Source: Bacteroidota bacterium (GTDB lineage: Bacteria > Bacteroidota > Bacteroidia > NS11-12g > UBA9320). From it: a stretch of 64,000 bases of DNA. Of this stretch, positions 49,466-59,600 are shown piece by piece (position 1 is the first letter of the stretch; the number at the start of each line of letters is the position of its first letter). A program made the translations under genes and the position numbers. The notes beneath the pieces are model-generated. The model was not told the DNA's origin and did no database searches. It saw only the letters and a list, made by a program, of their open reading frames with translations. The stretch lies in assembly GCA_013359235.1 (NCBI GenBank), contig JABWCE010000009.1, positions 8,796 through 72,795 of the forward strand. Reading direction: 5' to 3'.

Positions 49466-51414
49466 TTCTTATTTTTTTTAAACCTAATATTAATCCCTGA
49501 CTCGAAATTGCGGTTTGGCATTGGACGCCATGCAATTTCTGAATAGTTTGTATTCAAAATATTGTTAATTCTCAAAAACAAATCTGTTGTAGTGTTTTTG
49601 TGATTTAAAGTGTGTTTTAATGATGTGTTAAAAATGGTGTAAGCATTGATTTTCTCAGTATTGTCATTACTTGTAAACCTTTTGCTTACTGTAAACGTAT
49701 GGACAATAATTGATGTTTTTGAGATTACAAATGTGATAAATGATGAATGATTGTAAAAGGGCACATAAATAAGTTGCTTACCAAAGTTTTTATCGTTTTT
49801 GTAAATATTCTCTGATTTTATAAAATTTGAGTTAATTCCTAATTGACAATAAGCTTTTTTGGATATTTTAATTTTAATTGAATTTCGCAACTCAAAGCCT
49901 CTGCTATGCACTTTTCCTAAATTGAATGGTGACCATATTTGAGAACTTACAGGTTGCCATTGTATCCAATTATTTATAACTCTGCTGAAATAAGTTGCAG
50001 ATGATGAAACTTCAAAATTCTTATTTTTTTTATTAAAACTTATGCTTTGCTCAAATTGATAACCTGATTCAGGATTTAAAAAAGGATTGCCACCAGGTTC
50101 CCAATACAAATCATTCATAGTAGGCACTCTGTAAACTTTGCCCCATTGCCCGTACAGTACAAAATTATTGTTTATTTTGCTCCTAAAGCCTGCTGAAGGT
50201 ACTATGGGGAGCCATTTTTTCTCGTAAAAATCTTTTCTAAAAATTAAAGATATTTCGGTACGAAAGGGTTTTAGTTTTAAAATTTGACTTCCCCAAAACG
50301 AAATTTGATTTCTTACAGAGTTATTGTATAAAAAATGGTCAATTAATGAAACATTCTCAACCAAAGCAATAGATTTTGTTGCAGTTACACCAAAACCTGA
50401 AACAGATTGGTTGTGTAGGTAATACCTTAATTCAAAATCTCCAATATAAGTGTTATTGTTGGTAATTGAATTTATGTTTTGTTCTATATCATTGTATTTC
50501 AGATAGTCTTTTTGGTTTATTGAACTTAAATTTAAGCTTAGATTATTTATTTTTTTTGACCATTTTAAAGAAATTTTATTAGATTTATCATTTTGAAATG
50601 CCTTTGATTCCTGCATAATCATTGTAGGAGGTATTTGTCTTTCAGAGTGTGTTGTCCAATATGCAATTTTAAATTTGCCTATTTTTTTAACATCAAAATA
50701 CAATTCATCAATTAGTGTAAACATCAGGGTTTTTGCATTCTTCAATTTATATTCAGGGTTATTTTGTTCTGTAATATTTTTAAATGAATAATCATTTTTT
50801 GAAAAAGAATAAAAAGCCTTTAATGAATTTGTGAAATTTCGTTTATTAAAATTGTTTTTAAGTCCGGTATTAATCGAAGAAAAACTGCCGTAAGTCTGCA
50901 AAAATTCTGTGATATTTTCATTTGATTTTGAATTTGAAATATTAATGCCGCCACCAATACTGCCGCTACCTTGAATACCGGAGGGTATTCCCGGATTTAT
51001 TGATATTTCATCAAACAAAAATGAAGGTATAAGGTTAAAATCACATAAACCGTTTATATTATTGTTAAGCGAAAACCCATCCCACGAAACAGATGTTTGA
51101 TATGAGTTTCCACCCCTTAAACTCGAAGTAGAAATATTGCCCGGTCCATAGTTTCTTATCAGCAAACTACCACTAAAATTGAGTACTGACGATAATGATA
51201 GAAATTTGTACGAATTTTTAAAAATACTATCAGCAAAATCTTTTCTCGTGCCAGTTGCAAATGCTTGTTGACGCGATGCATTAATTATTATTTCATCAAA
51301 AGTTTTTTGCAGAGTTGTATCATTTTGCGATTTTAATTGCAAAAAACTTGTTGATAATATTAAAGCAAAAAGTGTTTTTTTCATGTCTGCATTTGCCTTT
51401 TTTCCCGAAAGCAA
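49462..51414 (-). CDS. btuB: TonB-dependent outer-membrane receptor, probable cobalamin transporter BtuB
   Basis: N-terminal plug domain (DEIIINASRQQ…) and a C-terminal beta-barrel. It is immediately preceded by a cobalamin riboswitch. Confidence 0.75.
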   Translation of the reverse strand: MLSGKKANADMKKTLFALILSTSFLQLKSQNDTTLQKTFDEIIINASRQQAFATGTRKDFADSIFKNSYKFLSLSSVLNFSGSLLIRNYGPGNISTSSLRGGNSYQTSVSWDGFSLNNNINGLCDFNLIPSFLFDEISINPGIPSGIQGSGSIGGGINISNSKSNENITEFLQTYGSFSSINTGLKNNFNKRNFTNSLKAFYSFSKNDYSFKNITEQNNPEYKLKNAKTLMFTLIDELYFDVKKIGKFKIAYWTTHSERQIPPTMIMQESKAFQNDKSNKISLKWSKKINNLSLNLSSINQKDYLKYNDIEQNINSITNNNTYIGDFELRYYLHNQSVSGFGVTATKSIALVENVSLIDHFLYNNSVRNQISFWGSQILKLKPFRTEISLIFRKDFYEKKWLPIVPSAGFRSKINNNFVLYGQWGKVYRVPTMNDLYWEPGGNPFLNPESGYQFEQSISFNKKNKNFEVSSSATYFSRVINNWIQWQPVSSQIWSPFNLGKVHSRGFELRNSIKIKISKKAYCQLGINSNFIKSENIYKNDKNFGKQLIYVPFYNHSSFITFVISKTSIIVHTFTVSKRFTSNDNTEKINAYTIFNTSLKHTLNHKNTTTDLFLRINNILNTNYSEIAWRPMPNRNFESGINIRFKKNKK

Positions 51415-51424
51415 TACGTTTTAT

Positions 51425-51575
51425 AATTTGAAAACAGACAGGTTTTCTGACTCATTCCGGCAGTTGCAGCCTTCCCGTTTTTGTTTGTTTTACAGTGGCT
51501 TTAAGGTAGCAACTCCTATTAGGAATATACAGCAGCGGGTACTGTCTCCGGTTTTTTTACGGAGTTCCCTATTTC
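51425..51575 (-). promoter_or_regulatory. Cobalamin (AdoCbl) riboswitch in the btuB leader
   Basis: The minus strand reads AATAGGGAACTCCGTAAAAAAACCGGAGACAGTACCCGCTGCTGTA…AAAGCCACTGTAAAAC…ACGGGAAGGCTGCAACTGCCGG. It contains the B12 box GCCACTG plus AGGGAA, CCCGC and GGGAAGGC consensus elements, and ends ~10 nt before the ATG. Confidence 0.75.
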
Positions 51576-51665
51576 TGTTTTCAATTGCAAATATATTTAC
51601 ATTTGTCAAATAAGCTTTAACGATTAAAAATTATTTTTTTGGAGCAATTAAATTAAACTAATATT

Positions 51666-52178
51666 GTGCTAACAGTTTTGAAAAAGTTTGCTTCATATTT
51701 TCTTACAGCAATTTTTACATTTTATGTTTGCGGTTTTTTTCTGTGTTTTAGTATTAGCAGGGCTTTTATAAGGGCTGAAAGCCACAAACCTTGCAAAATT
51801 TATTATCATCTAAAAGTTTCAAAAAAATTTTATTTTAATAATTTGCATAGAAAAGGTAAGGAAATTGTGGTAAACAATATTTTTTATGACATAAAAGAAA
51901 GAACAGATATTGGTGATTCTATTTCATTAAAAGTGAAATTAGACCTTAAAGAAACCTACTTGTTAAACAATTTGAAGACTTATCTATCGTCAAATAATAA
52001 GAAATCGGAAAACTCGCAAGGCTGGTTGGGCAAAATCATTAAAGATATTTATCTGTTAAGTACTTTTGATTTAGACAGTTTATACGAAAATTCTCAATTA
52101 TTAACATCTTGTTTTTTTCATTCAAAAGTTAAAAAAATAAAGACTGATTTTTTTCAACCCCCCGAATTTATTCTATAA
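51666..52178 (+). CDS. Hypothetical small membrane-anchored protein
   Basis: 170-aa ORF with an N-terminal hydrophobic segment. No homology is recognisable by eye. Coding status is uncertain. Confidence 0.3.
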   Translation: MLTVLKKFASYFLTAIFTFYVCGFFLCFSISRAFIRAESHKPCKIYYHLKVSKKFYFNNLHRKGKEIVVNNIFYDIKERTDIGDSISLKVKLDLKETYLLNNLKTYLSSNNKKSENSQGWLGKIIKDIYLLSTFDLDSLYENSQLLTSCFFHSKVKKIKTDFFQPPEFIL

Positions 52179-52434
52179 TCTAAAGACTTTTCGCTAATGA
52201 ATATAACCTGAAAAAACCATAAGTTGCTTTAAAGTAGCTTTGTTTTGATTTTTTTGGGTTAACCTTGAGTTACTTTAACTCTTTAAAGCAAAATATTGCC
52301 ATTTATTTTGGTAATGTAGCTTGGTTCAACATTTTATTAGGTTGAATTTTGGTTTAACTAAAAAATGAAGAATATTAATTTCTTCATTGTTGGAGTTTTA
52401 TTTTAATTTTTAAACATTTAAAAAAAATAATTAT

Positions 52435-54639
52435 ATGAAAAAAATAATAACGTTAATTTTTATACTAATAACGTTGCAAATACAAGCACAAACAAACACA
52501 AACGATACCATTCGCAAATCGGTAGATTTAGATGAAATTGTAATTTCTGTTAATAAAACCGAAGAAATTAAAAGACATTCATCGTCACAAATTCATGTTA
52601 TTTCATCAAAACAGATAAAATTTGATAATCCGCAAACAAGTGCTGATTTGATTTCAAATACCGGACAAATAATGGTACAAAAAAGCCAGCAAGGAGGCGG
52701 TAGCCCGGTGATAAGAGGCTTTGAAGCAAACAAAATTTTGCTTGTTGTTGATGGTGTAAGAATGAATAATCTTATTTACAGAGGCGGACACTTGCAAAAT
52801 GTAATTACTGTTGACCCCAATATTTGCGAAAGAGTAGAGGTAGTGTTCGGTCCTTCCTCAACCATTTATGGTAGTGATGCACTTGGTGGTTCTATACATT
52901 TTATTACACGCAAACCCGAATATAGAAATGCAAACAACAAAGAAACAAGTATTGGTTTTATGCAGAGATTTTCTTCAGTAAACAAAGGGTTATCCTCAAA
53001 TCTTAATTTTATTTTTCGATTTAAGAAATTGGCAACATTAACATCATTAACATACAACCAATTTGGCGACTTAAAAATGGGAAAGAAAAAGAATATCTTT
53101 TTTGATTCAATCTTTGGTTTGAGAAGAGTTTATGCCGAAAGAATTAATGGAAAAGATTCATCAATAATTAACAGCAATAAGTATGTGCAGGCTCAAAGTG
53201 GTTATAATCAGATTGACTTATTACAAAAATTTGTATTTAAAACAGGTAAAAATGCTGAACACACAGTAAATCTGCAATATTCAAACTCATCTAATGTACC
53301 CCGGTACGACCGATTATCTGAAGTGAAAAACGGTAAACCAAAATTTGCAGAATGGTATTATGGTCCGCAAACAAGATTATTGATGTCATACAATTTGAAT
53401 TTGAAGCCAATTTTTGGATTTGATTTGATGAATTTAAATATTAGCCAGCAAATGGTTAAAGAAAGCAGGATAAACCGCAATTTGGACAGTAATAATCTTT
53501 ATTCAAGGCTTGAAGAAGTAGGCGTAACAGGTGCTAATTTATATTTTCAAAAAAATATAAAAAAGCATAAAATACTCATTGGTTACGATGCACAATTCAA
53601 CACTTTAAAATCTACCGCAAACCGTTCTAATATTGTTTCAAAAAGTATTTCGCCATTGGACACAAGGTACCCCGATGGTAAAAATTTGTTAAACAATAAT
53701 TCAGTATTTGTAGCTCATACATGGTATGCTTCAAACAAAATTACTCTGAACGATGGTATTAGAGCAGGTTTTTCAAAACTCGAATCTGAAATTAATGATA
53801 ATAGTTTTTTTAATTTACCTGTAACAAAAATGGTTCAAAAAAATAAGCCTATTTCGGGAAATTTTGGTGTAGTTTACAATCCGTTTAATAATTTTAAAAC
53901 ATCCTATCAGTTTTCTACGGGGTACAGAATACCAAATATTGATGATTTATCAAAAATATTTGAATCTGCTGATGGTGCGTTAATTATTCCTAATTCTGAT
54001 TTAAAGCCCGAATACACAATAACCAACGAAATAGGTTTTAGCTACAAACCTACAAGAAATATAAGAATAGAAACTGCATTGTGGTACACTAATTATTTTA
54101 ATGCAATAATTACAAGTACTACAACTCTTAATGGCAAAGATTCAGTTTTGTATAATTCTGTAATGAGTCAGGTTTTAACTAATAAAAACACTCAAAAAGC
54201 GTATATAAATGGTGTGTCAGTTTCAGTAAATGCTAATGTTTCAAAATACGTCCAGGTATTTGCCAATTTTTGTACAATGAAAGGGAGAGTAACAACAGAT
54301 GGTGCCGAACAACCCTTAGACCATATTTCGCCTTTTACCGGAAACTTGGGAGCAAGCTATTCTGTAAACAAAATTACAACTGAAGCAATTGTAAATTTCA
54401 ACGGCAAAAAAGCATTATCACAATATTCGAGCAGTGGCGAAGATAATTTGAAATATGCAACACCTATTGGTATGCCAGCATGGGTAATAGCATCAGTAAG
54501 GGCAGGCTATAAAATAAATAAAATGTTTGCTGTTCAGGCAGGTTGCGAAAATATTTTTGATACAAATTACAGGGTATTTTCATCGGGAATTAATGCACCA
54601 GGCAGAAATTTTTATTTTACATTAAGATTTAATTATTAA
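52435..54639 (+). CDS. TonB-dependent outer-membrane receptor (substrate unknown)
   Basis: Signal peptide and a plug domain (DEIVISVNKTEE…GGSPVIRGFEANKILLVVDGVRMNN). The barrel is 734 aa. Confidence 0.8.
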   Translation: MKKIITLIFILITLQIQAQTNTNDTIRKSVDLDEIVISVNKTEEIKRHSSSQIHVISSKQIKFDNPQTSADLISNTGQIMVQKSQQGGGSPVIRGFEANKILLVVDGVRMNNLIYRGGHLQNVITVDPNICERVEVVFGPSSTIYGSDALGGSIHFITRKPEYRNANNKETSIGFMQRFSSVNKGLSSNLNFIFRFKKLATLTSLTYNQFGDLKMGKKKNIFFDSIFGLRRVYAERINGKDSSIINSNKYVQAQSGYNQIDLLQKFVFKTGKNAEHTVNLQYSNSSNVPRYDRLSEVKNGKPKFAEWYYGPQTRLLMSYNLNLKPIFGFDLMNLNISQQMVKESRINRNLDSNNLYSRLEEVGVTGANLYFQKNIKKHKILIGYDAQFNTLKSTANRSNIVSKSISPLDTRYPDGKNLLNNNSVFVAHTWYASNKITLNDGIRAGFSKLESEINDNSFFNLPVTKMVQKNKPISGNFGVVYNPFNNFKTSYQFSTGYRIPNIDDLSKIFESADGALIIPNSDLKPEYTITNEIGFSYKPTRNIRIETALWYTNYFNAIITSTTTLNGKDSVLYNSVMSQVLTNKNTQKAYINGVSVSVNANVSKYVQVFANFCTMKGRVTTDGAEQPLDHISPFTGNLGASYSVNKITTEAIVNFNGKKALSQYSSSGEDNLKYATPIGMPAWVIASVRAGYKINKMFAVQAGCENIFDTNYRVFSSGINAPGRNFYFTLRFNY

Positions 54640-54781
54640 AGTTCTAAAAAACCTCAATAAAATGAAATTTAATAAATCGCCCCCACTCAATCGAAATATT
54701 ATAACTTTTAAACGATATGAAAACTACTGAAGCTATATCAATGCTATACCTTCGTATTGTTATAGTTTTTATAAATAAAAT

Positions 54782-56548
54782 ATGAAGCAATTTTTCAAAT
54801 TTGTATTAGCGGCAATTACAGCCTACATTATTATTTGTTTAGTTTTTATAATTGTAATGCTTGGAGTAGTTGCATCAATTAGTTCTGAAGATGAAGTGAA
54901 GGTAGAAGATAACACTGTTTTAAAGCTTACATTTAATTATAATATAAACGATCAAGGAGTAGAACAACCCTTTAATTTATTTGGTAATATGGAACCGGAC
55001 ATGGGTAAACCAATTGGTTTAAACGAAATTCTGGCTTCGGTTAAAAAAGCTAAAACAGATTCTAAAATAAAAGGAATTTTTCTCGATTTGAATTTTATTG
55101 GAGCAGGCTTTGCAAAGACAGAAGAGATAAGAAATGCAATTTTAGATTTCAAAAAATCTGGAAAATTTGTAATTGCCTATGCCGAATATTACTACGAAAC
55201 AACATATTACCTTGCTACATGTGCCGATAAAATATACCTAAATCCAGAAGGCGAAATAATGTTTAACGGGCTTTCGGCAAAGGTTACATTTTTTAAAAAT
55301 GCACTCGAAAAACTTGGAATTGAAGTACAAGTTATACGTCATGGTAAATTTAAGGGTGCTGTTGAGCCTTTTATATTAGATAAATTAAGCCCTGAAAACA
55401 AGACTCAAATAAATGAATACCTAAATTCAATTACTTCAAACCTGTACAAAAACATTTCGATAAGCCGTAAAATATCAGAGCAAGAAGTTGAAAATATAGC
55501 TAATAAATGGTTGGTAAGAAACAATAACGATGCTGTAAAATATGGCTTAATAGATGATTTGAAATACAGAGACGAAGTACTTGAAGAAATTAAAAATAAA
55601 TTGGGTATTAAAAATAAAAAGATTAGAGATATAAAATTTATAACTTTAGCAAAATATAAAAAAACAATTACTCAAGAACAAAACAAAGGACCTGAAAAAA
55701 TAGCTATTGTATATGCTTCGGGCGATGTAGTAAGCGGCAAAGGAGAAGATAACCAAATAGGAAGCGATAAATATTCGGCTCTTTTGCGCAAGTTGAGAGA
55801 AGATGACAATGTAAAAGCTGTTGTTTTGAGAATAAACTCACCCGGAGGAAGTGCCCTTGCCAGTGAAGTAATATGGCGTGAACTTAAACTATTGAAGCAG
55901 GAAAAAACTCTTATAGTTTCAATGGCCGAAGTTGCAGCATCTGGTGGTTATTATATAGCAGCACCGGCTGATACTATTGTTGCTCATCCATACACTTTAA
56001 CAGGCAGTATTGGGGTTTTTGGTTTAGTTCCCAATATGCAGAAATTGCTTAATGAAAAACTTGGAATAAATCAAGATTATGTAACAACAGGTGAATTTTC
56101 TGATTTTGGAAGAATAGACAGAAAACTCAAAAATGAGGAAGCTGAAATGGTACAAAATTTAGTTGAAAGAATTTATGACAAATTTTTGACAAATGTTTCA
56201 GAGGGCAGAAAAATACCTAAAAATTTAATTGATTCTATAGGGCAAGGTAGAGTTTGGACAGGTGCCCAAGCCAATAAAATAGGGCTTGTTGATGTTTTGG
56301 GTGGAATTGATAAAGCAATCGAAATTGCAAAATTTAAAACAGGATTTAAAAAAATAAAAATTGTAGAATATCCACATCAAAAAAATCGTTTTGAACAAAT
56401 TTTAGAGCTGATTAATGGAGATGAACAAGCCCGCAATGCTGTAAAATCGGAGCTTGGAGAGTATTACCAGTGGTATTCAACTATCAAATTTTTATCAGAA
56501 TTGAAAGGTGTACAAACCAGAGTGCCTTTTTCTATTGATTTTGAATAA
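54782..56548 (+). CDS. sppA: Signal peptide peptidase SppA (protease IV, 67K type)
   Basis: N-terminal transmembrane segment and two ClpP/crotonase-like halves. It carries the …IVYASGDVVSGKGE… and …VAASGGYYIAAPADTIVAHPYTLTGSIGV motifs. Confidence 0.85.
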   Translation: MKQFFKFVLAAITAYIIICLVFIIVMLGVVASISSEDEVKVEDNTVLKLTFNYNINDQGVEQPFNLFGNMEPDMGKPIGLNEILASVKKAKTDSKIKGIFLDLNFIGAGFAKTEEIRNAILDFKKSGKFVIAYAEYYYETTYYLATCADKIYLNPEGEIMFNGLSAKVTFFKNALEKLGIEVQVIRHGKFKGAVEPFILDKLSPENKTQINEYLNSITSNLYKNISISRKISEQEVENIANKWLVRNNNDAVKYGLIDDLKYRDEVLEEIKNKLGIKNKKIRDIKFITLAKYKKTITQEQNKGPEKIAIVYASGDVVSGKGEDNQIGSDKYSALLRKLREDDNVKAVVLRINSPGGSALASEVIWRELKLLKQEKTLIVSMAEVAASGGYYIAAPADTIVAHPYTLTGSIGVFGLVPNMQKLLNEKLGINQDYVTTGEFSDFGRIDRKLKNEEAEMVQNLVERIYDKFLTNVSEGRKIPKNLIDSIGQGRVWTGAQANKIGLVDVLGGIDKAIEIAKFKTGFKKIKIVEYPHQKNRFEQILELINGDEQARNAVKSELGEYYQWYSTIKFLSELKGVQTRVPFSIDFE

Positions 56549-56605
56549 CTTGTTTTTATAATTATATATAAATAATTTCGACTTTTAATTATAAATCATT
56601 TTAGC

Positions 56606-59600
56606 ATGAAAAAGTCGGTTGTATTATTAATTTTTACAATTTTTTCTTTAAATCTTATTGCACAAAAAGAAGCAACTTGGTGGTATTTTGGCAAATATGC
56701 TGGTATTTCATTTACCGGCACCAACAATGCTCCTGTAAACCAAACCAATGGACAGATGAACAATTCTGAAGGGGTTGCAAGTATTTCAAACTCAAAAGGA
56801 CAATTGATTTTTTATACTGACGGTGAATATGTTTACGACCGTACCCATACATTGGTAAATTCAGGTAAAAGATTAAAAGGGCATAACTCTTCTACACAAA
56901 GTGGTGTAATAGTTCAACAACCTGGTAGAGGAAACAGGTATTGGATTTTTACAGTTGATGAAGAATGGGGAAATAATGGATTTCAGTATGCGATTTATGA
57001 TACATCAACAAGAAAATTAGTTCCAAACTTAGATGCCGGCAATTCACCATCAGAAAGTTGCCGTTTGCTTTGCAAATCGCTTAATAACAAATATGCACCT
57101 GAAAAAGTAGCTGCTGTAAAACATTCTAATAAAGTAGATATTTGGATTATCAATCACACGGGGGGCGATAATGATTTTTATGTATATAAATTAAGTGCCA
57201 AAGGTTTAGATGCTCCAATTGTACAATCAATTGGACCCGTTTGGTCAATGACAGGCACAGGGGCAAAAGGGTATTCAAAAGGCTATATGAAATTTTCGCC
57301 CGACGGAACAAAATTGATATGTGCTATTGCCGGACAACAATATGTTGGAATGGGAGGTTATGGTAATAATTCGGGAAGAATTGAAATATATGATTTTGAT
57401 AACGTTACAGGTAAACTCTCAAATGCTCAAATAATTGATAAAAACAATATAAATCCATCAGCAGGAAAAATAAGCTCGGTTTATGGAATTGAAGTATCAC
57501 CCAATGGAAGATATTTGTATGCTTCATTTTATATACCGGCTTGGTCTATTTCTGGTAGTGATGGTGGAGATGGACTATGGCAACTCGATTTACTTGCCGG
57601 AGGTGGTAATGCTGATTCAATTGGTAAGAGTTGCTTAAGAATTGTTAGTTCATTTTCAACCTACTCAGGTGGAGGTATGCAACTTGCACCTGATGGTAGA
57701 ATTTATTTAGCACGTTCGGGCCTGGGTAGCGGTGCAAAATATCTTTCATGTATTCAAAAACCTAATTGTAGAGGCTCTGATTGTTCGTTTGTAAACAATG
57801 CAATTGATATTTCGCCTCGTTCATCGCAATGGGGTGTACCCACATTTATCAATTCATTTTTTAACAAGGCAGAATTTGAATGGGGAAGCAATGCTGCTAA
57901 CCTTTGCGAAGGTCAATTGACAAAATTATTTATTACAGATTCTACAGGTGTTGACTCCGCAAAATGGAATTTTGGAGATACAGCATCAGGCTCATATAAT
58001 ACAGCAAAAGGTTTTACAGTATTTCATAAATTTTCATCTGCTAAAACTTACTCAGTTTTTGTTCAATTATACAGAAAAACTACAAGTCCTGATTGTTACG
58101 CAGATACTGCACGCAAAAAAGTTACAATTTTTCCAAATCCTAAAGTAAATATTGGTAGAGACACTTCTGTTTGCGATGGTGAAAGTATAGTAATGGATGC
58201 AACAACTACCAATGCAACATATATTTGGAGTAATAGTTTTACTACACCTGTAAATTCTGCCTCATCAAAAGGATGGTTTTGGGTAGATGTAAAAGTTGGT
58301 GGCTGCACAACTCGAGATTCACTCTACTTAGATGTATTGCAGTTTCCTGTAATATCGCTTGGTAATGATACTCTTATTTGTGAATATGACAGTATAAAAC
58401 TTACTGCAAATGATGGAACTAAATATTTATGGAGCAAGGGAGATACAACCTCATTAATTTGGGCAAAAGATACAGGAATGGTTTGGTTAAAAGCAAGCAA
58501 TGGACGTTGTAGCACTTTTGACACATTGTATATTAAACATTCAAAAAGACCTTATCTAAATATTGGACAAGATTCATTGCTTTGTATTGGAGATAGTCTT
58601 GAATTAAGTGCAAAAACACAATTTTCAAAATCGTATTTGTGGAATGATAACAGTACTGATTCTGTTTTAAAAGTAAAAGCTTCTGGAATATATTGGGCAA
58701 GAATTAAAGATACCCTTTGTTACAGTAATTACGATTCGGCAAATATTACATTTCAAACAAAATTATCATTTGATATAGGTAAAGATACATTCATTTGCAA
58801 AGGTGGAAGTTTTGTTGTAAATGCAGCATTTTCAGGTATAAAAACATGGAAATGGCATGACAACAGCACCAAATCTACCTACACAGCTACAAATGCTGGT
58901 AAAAAATGGGTAAATGTAACAAATGGAACTTGCAAAGCAAGTGATACTATTGAAATTTTTGAAAACACAATACCTCCTTTTACTCTTGGAAATGATACAA
59001 CTTTATGCAAAGGAGAAACATTTAATCCTCTTTCGTCAGTATTAAAAGATATTGAATATACTTGGATGGGAATATCTGTAACAACAACCTTTCCAATAAC
59101 AAATTCAGGTAAATATTGGGTTGATTTGAGAGATGTTCCTAAAAAAGTTTGCCTATTTTCAGATACAATAAATGTTACTTTTAAAAATGCTACAGTTATA
59201 AATTTGGGAAATGACACATCTCTTTGCAAAAACCAAACAATTGACCTAAATATAGCAAAATATGCCTTCAAAAAATATAAATGGTGGGATGGAAATACAA
59301 GCACAGGTGTTCGAAAAACTACATATTCGCCTGGCACTACAAAATATTGGGTAGAAGGTGATGATGGCGTATGCAAAAGCAGCGATACAATAAAAGTAAC
59401 TTATAGATTGCCATTGAGTTTAAATGTAGGCCCTGATGTGAATTTATGTGATAATGCAACAAAAGATTTTGATTTAACAGGTACACCGGGAGCTACTGAA
59501 TACGAGTGGTTATCAAGCGTTGGTTTATCATTAACCAATATGCCAAAATATACAGTAAATACACCAGGAGGAACTTTTATAGCCAAAATTTCTGATGGTT

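Noticed and set aside
51383-51613. 76-aa plus-strand ORF between btuB and the next gene
   Set aside because: It overlaps the cobalamin riboswitch on the opposite strand and is AT-rich with no signal of coding; spurious.
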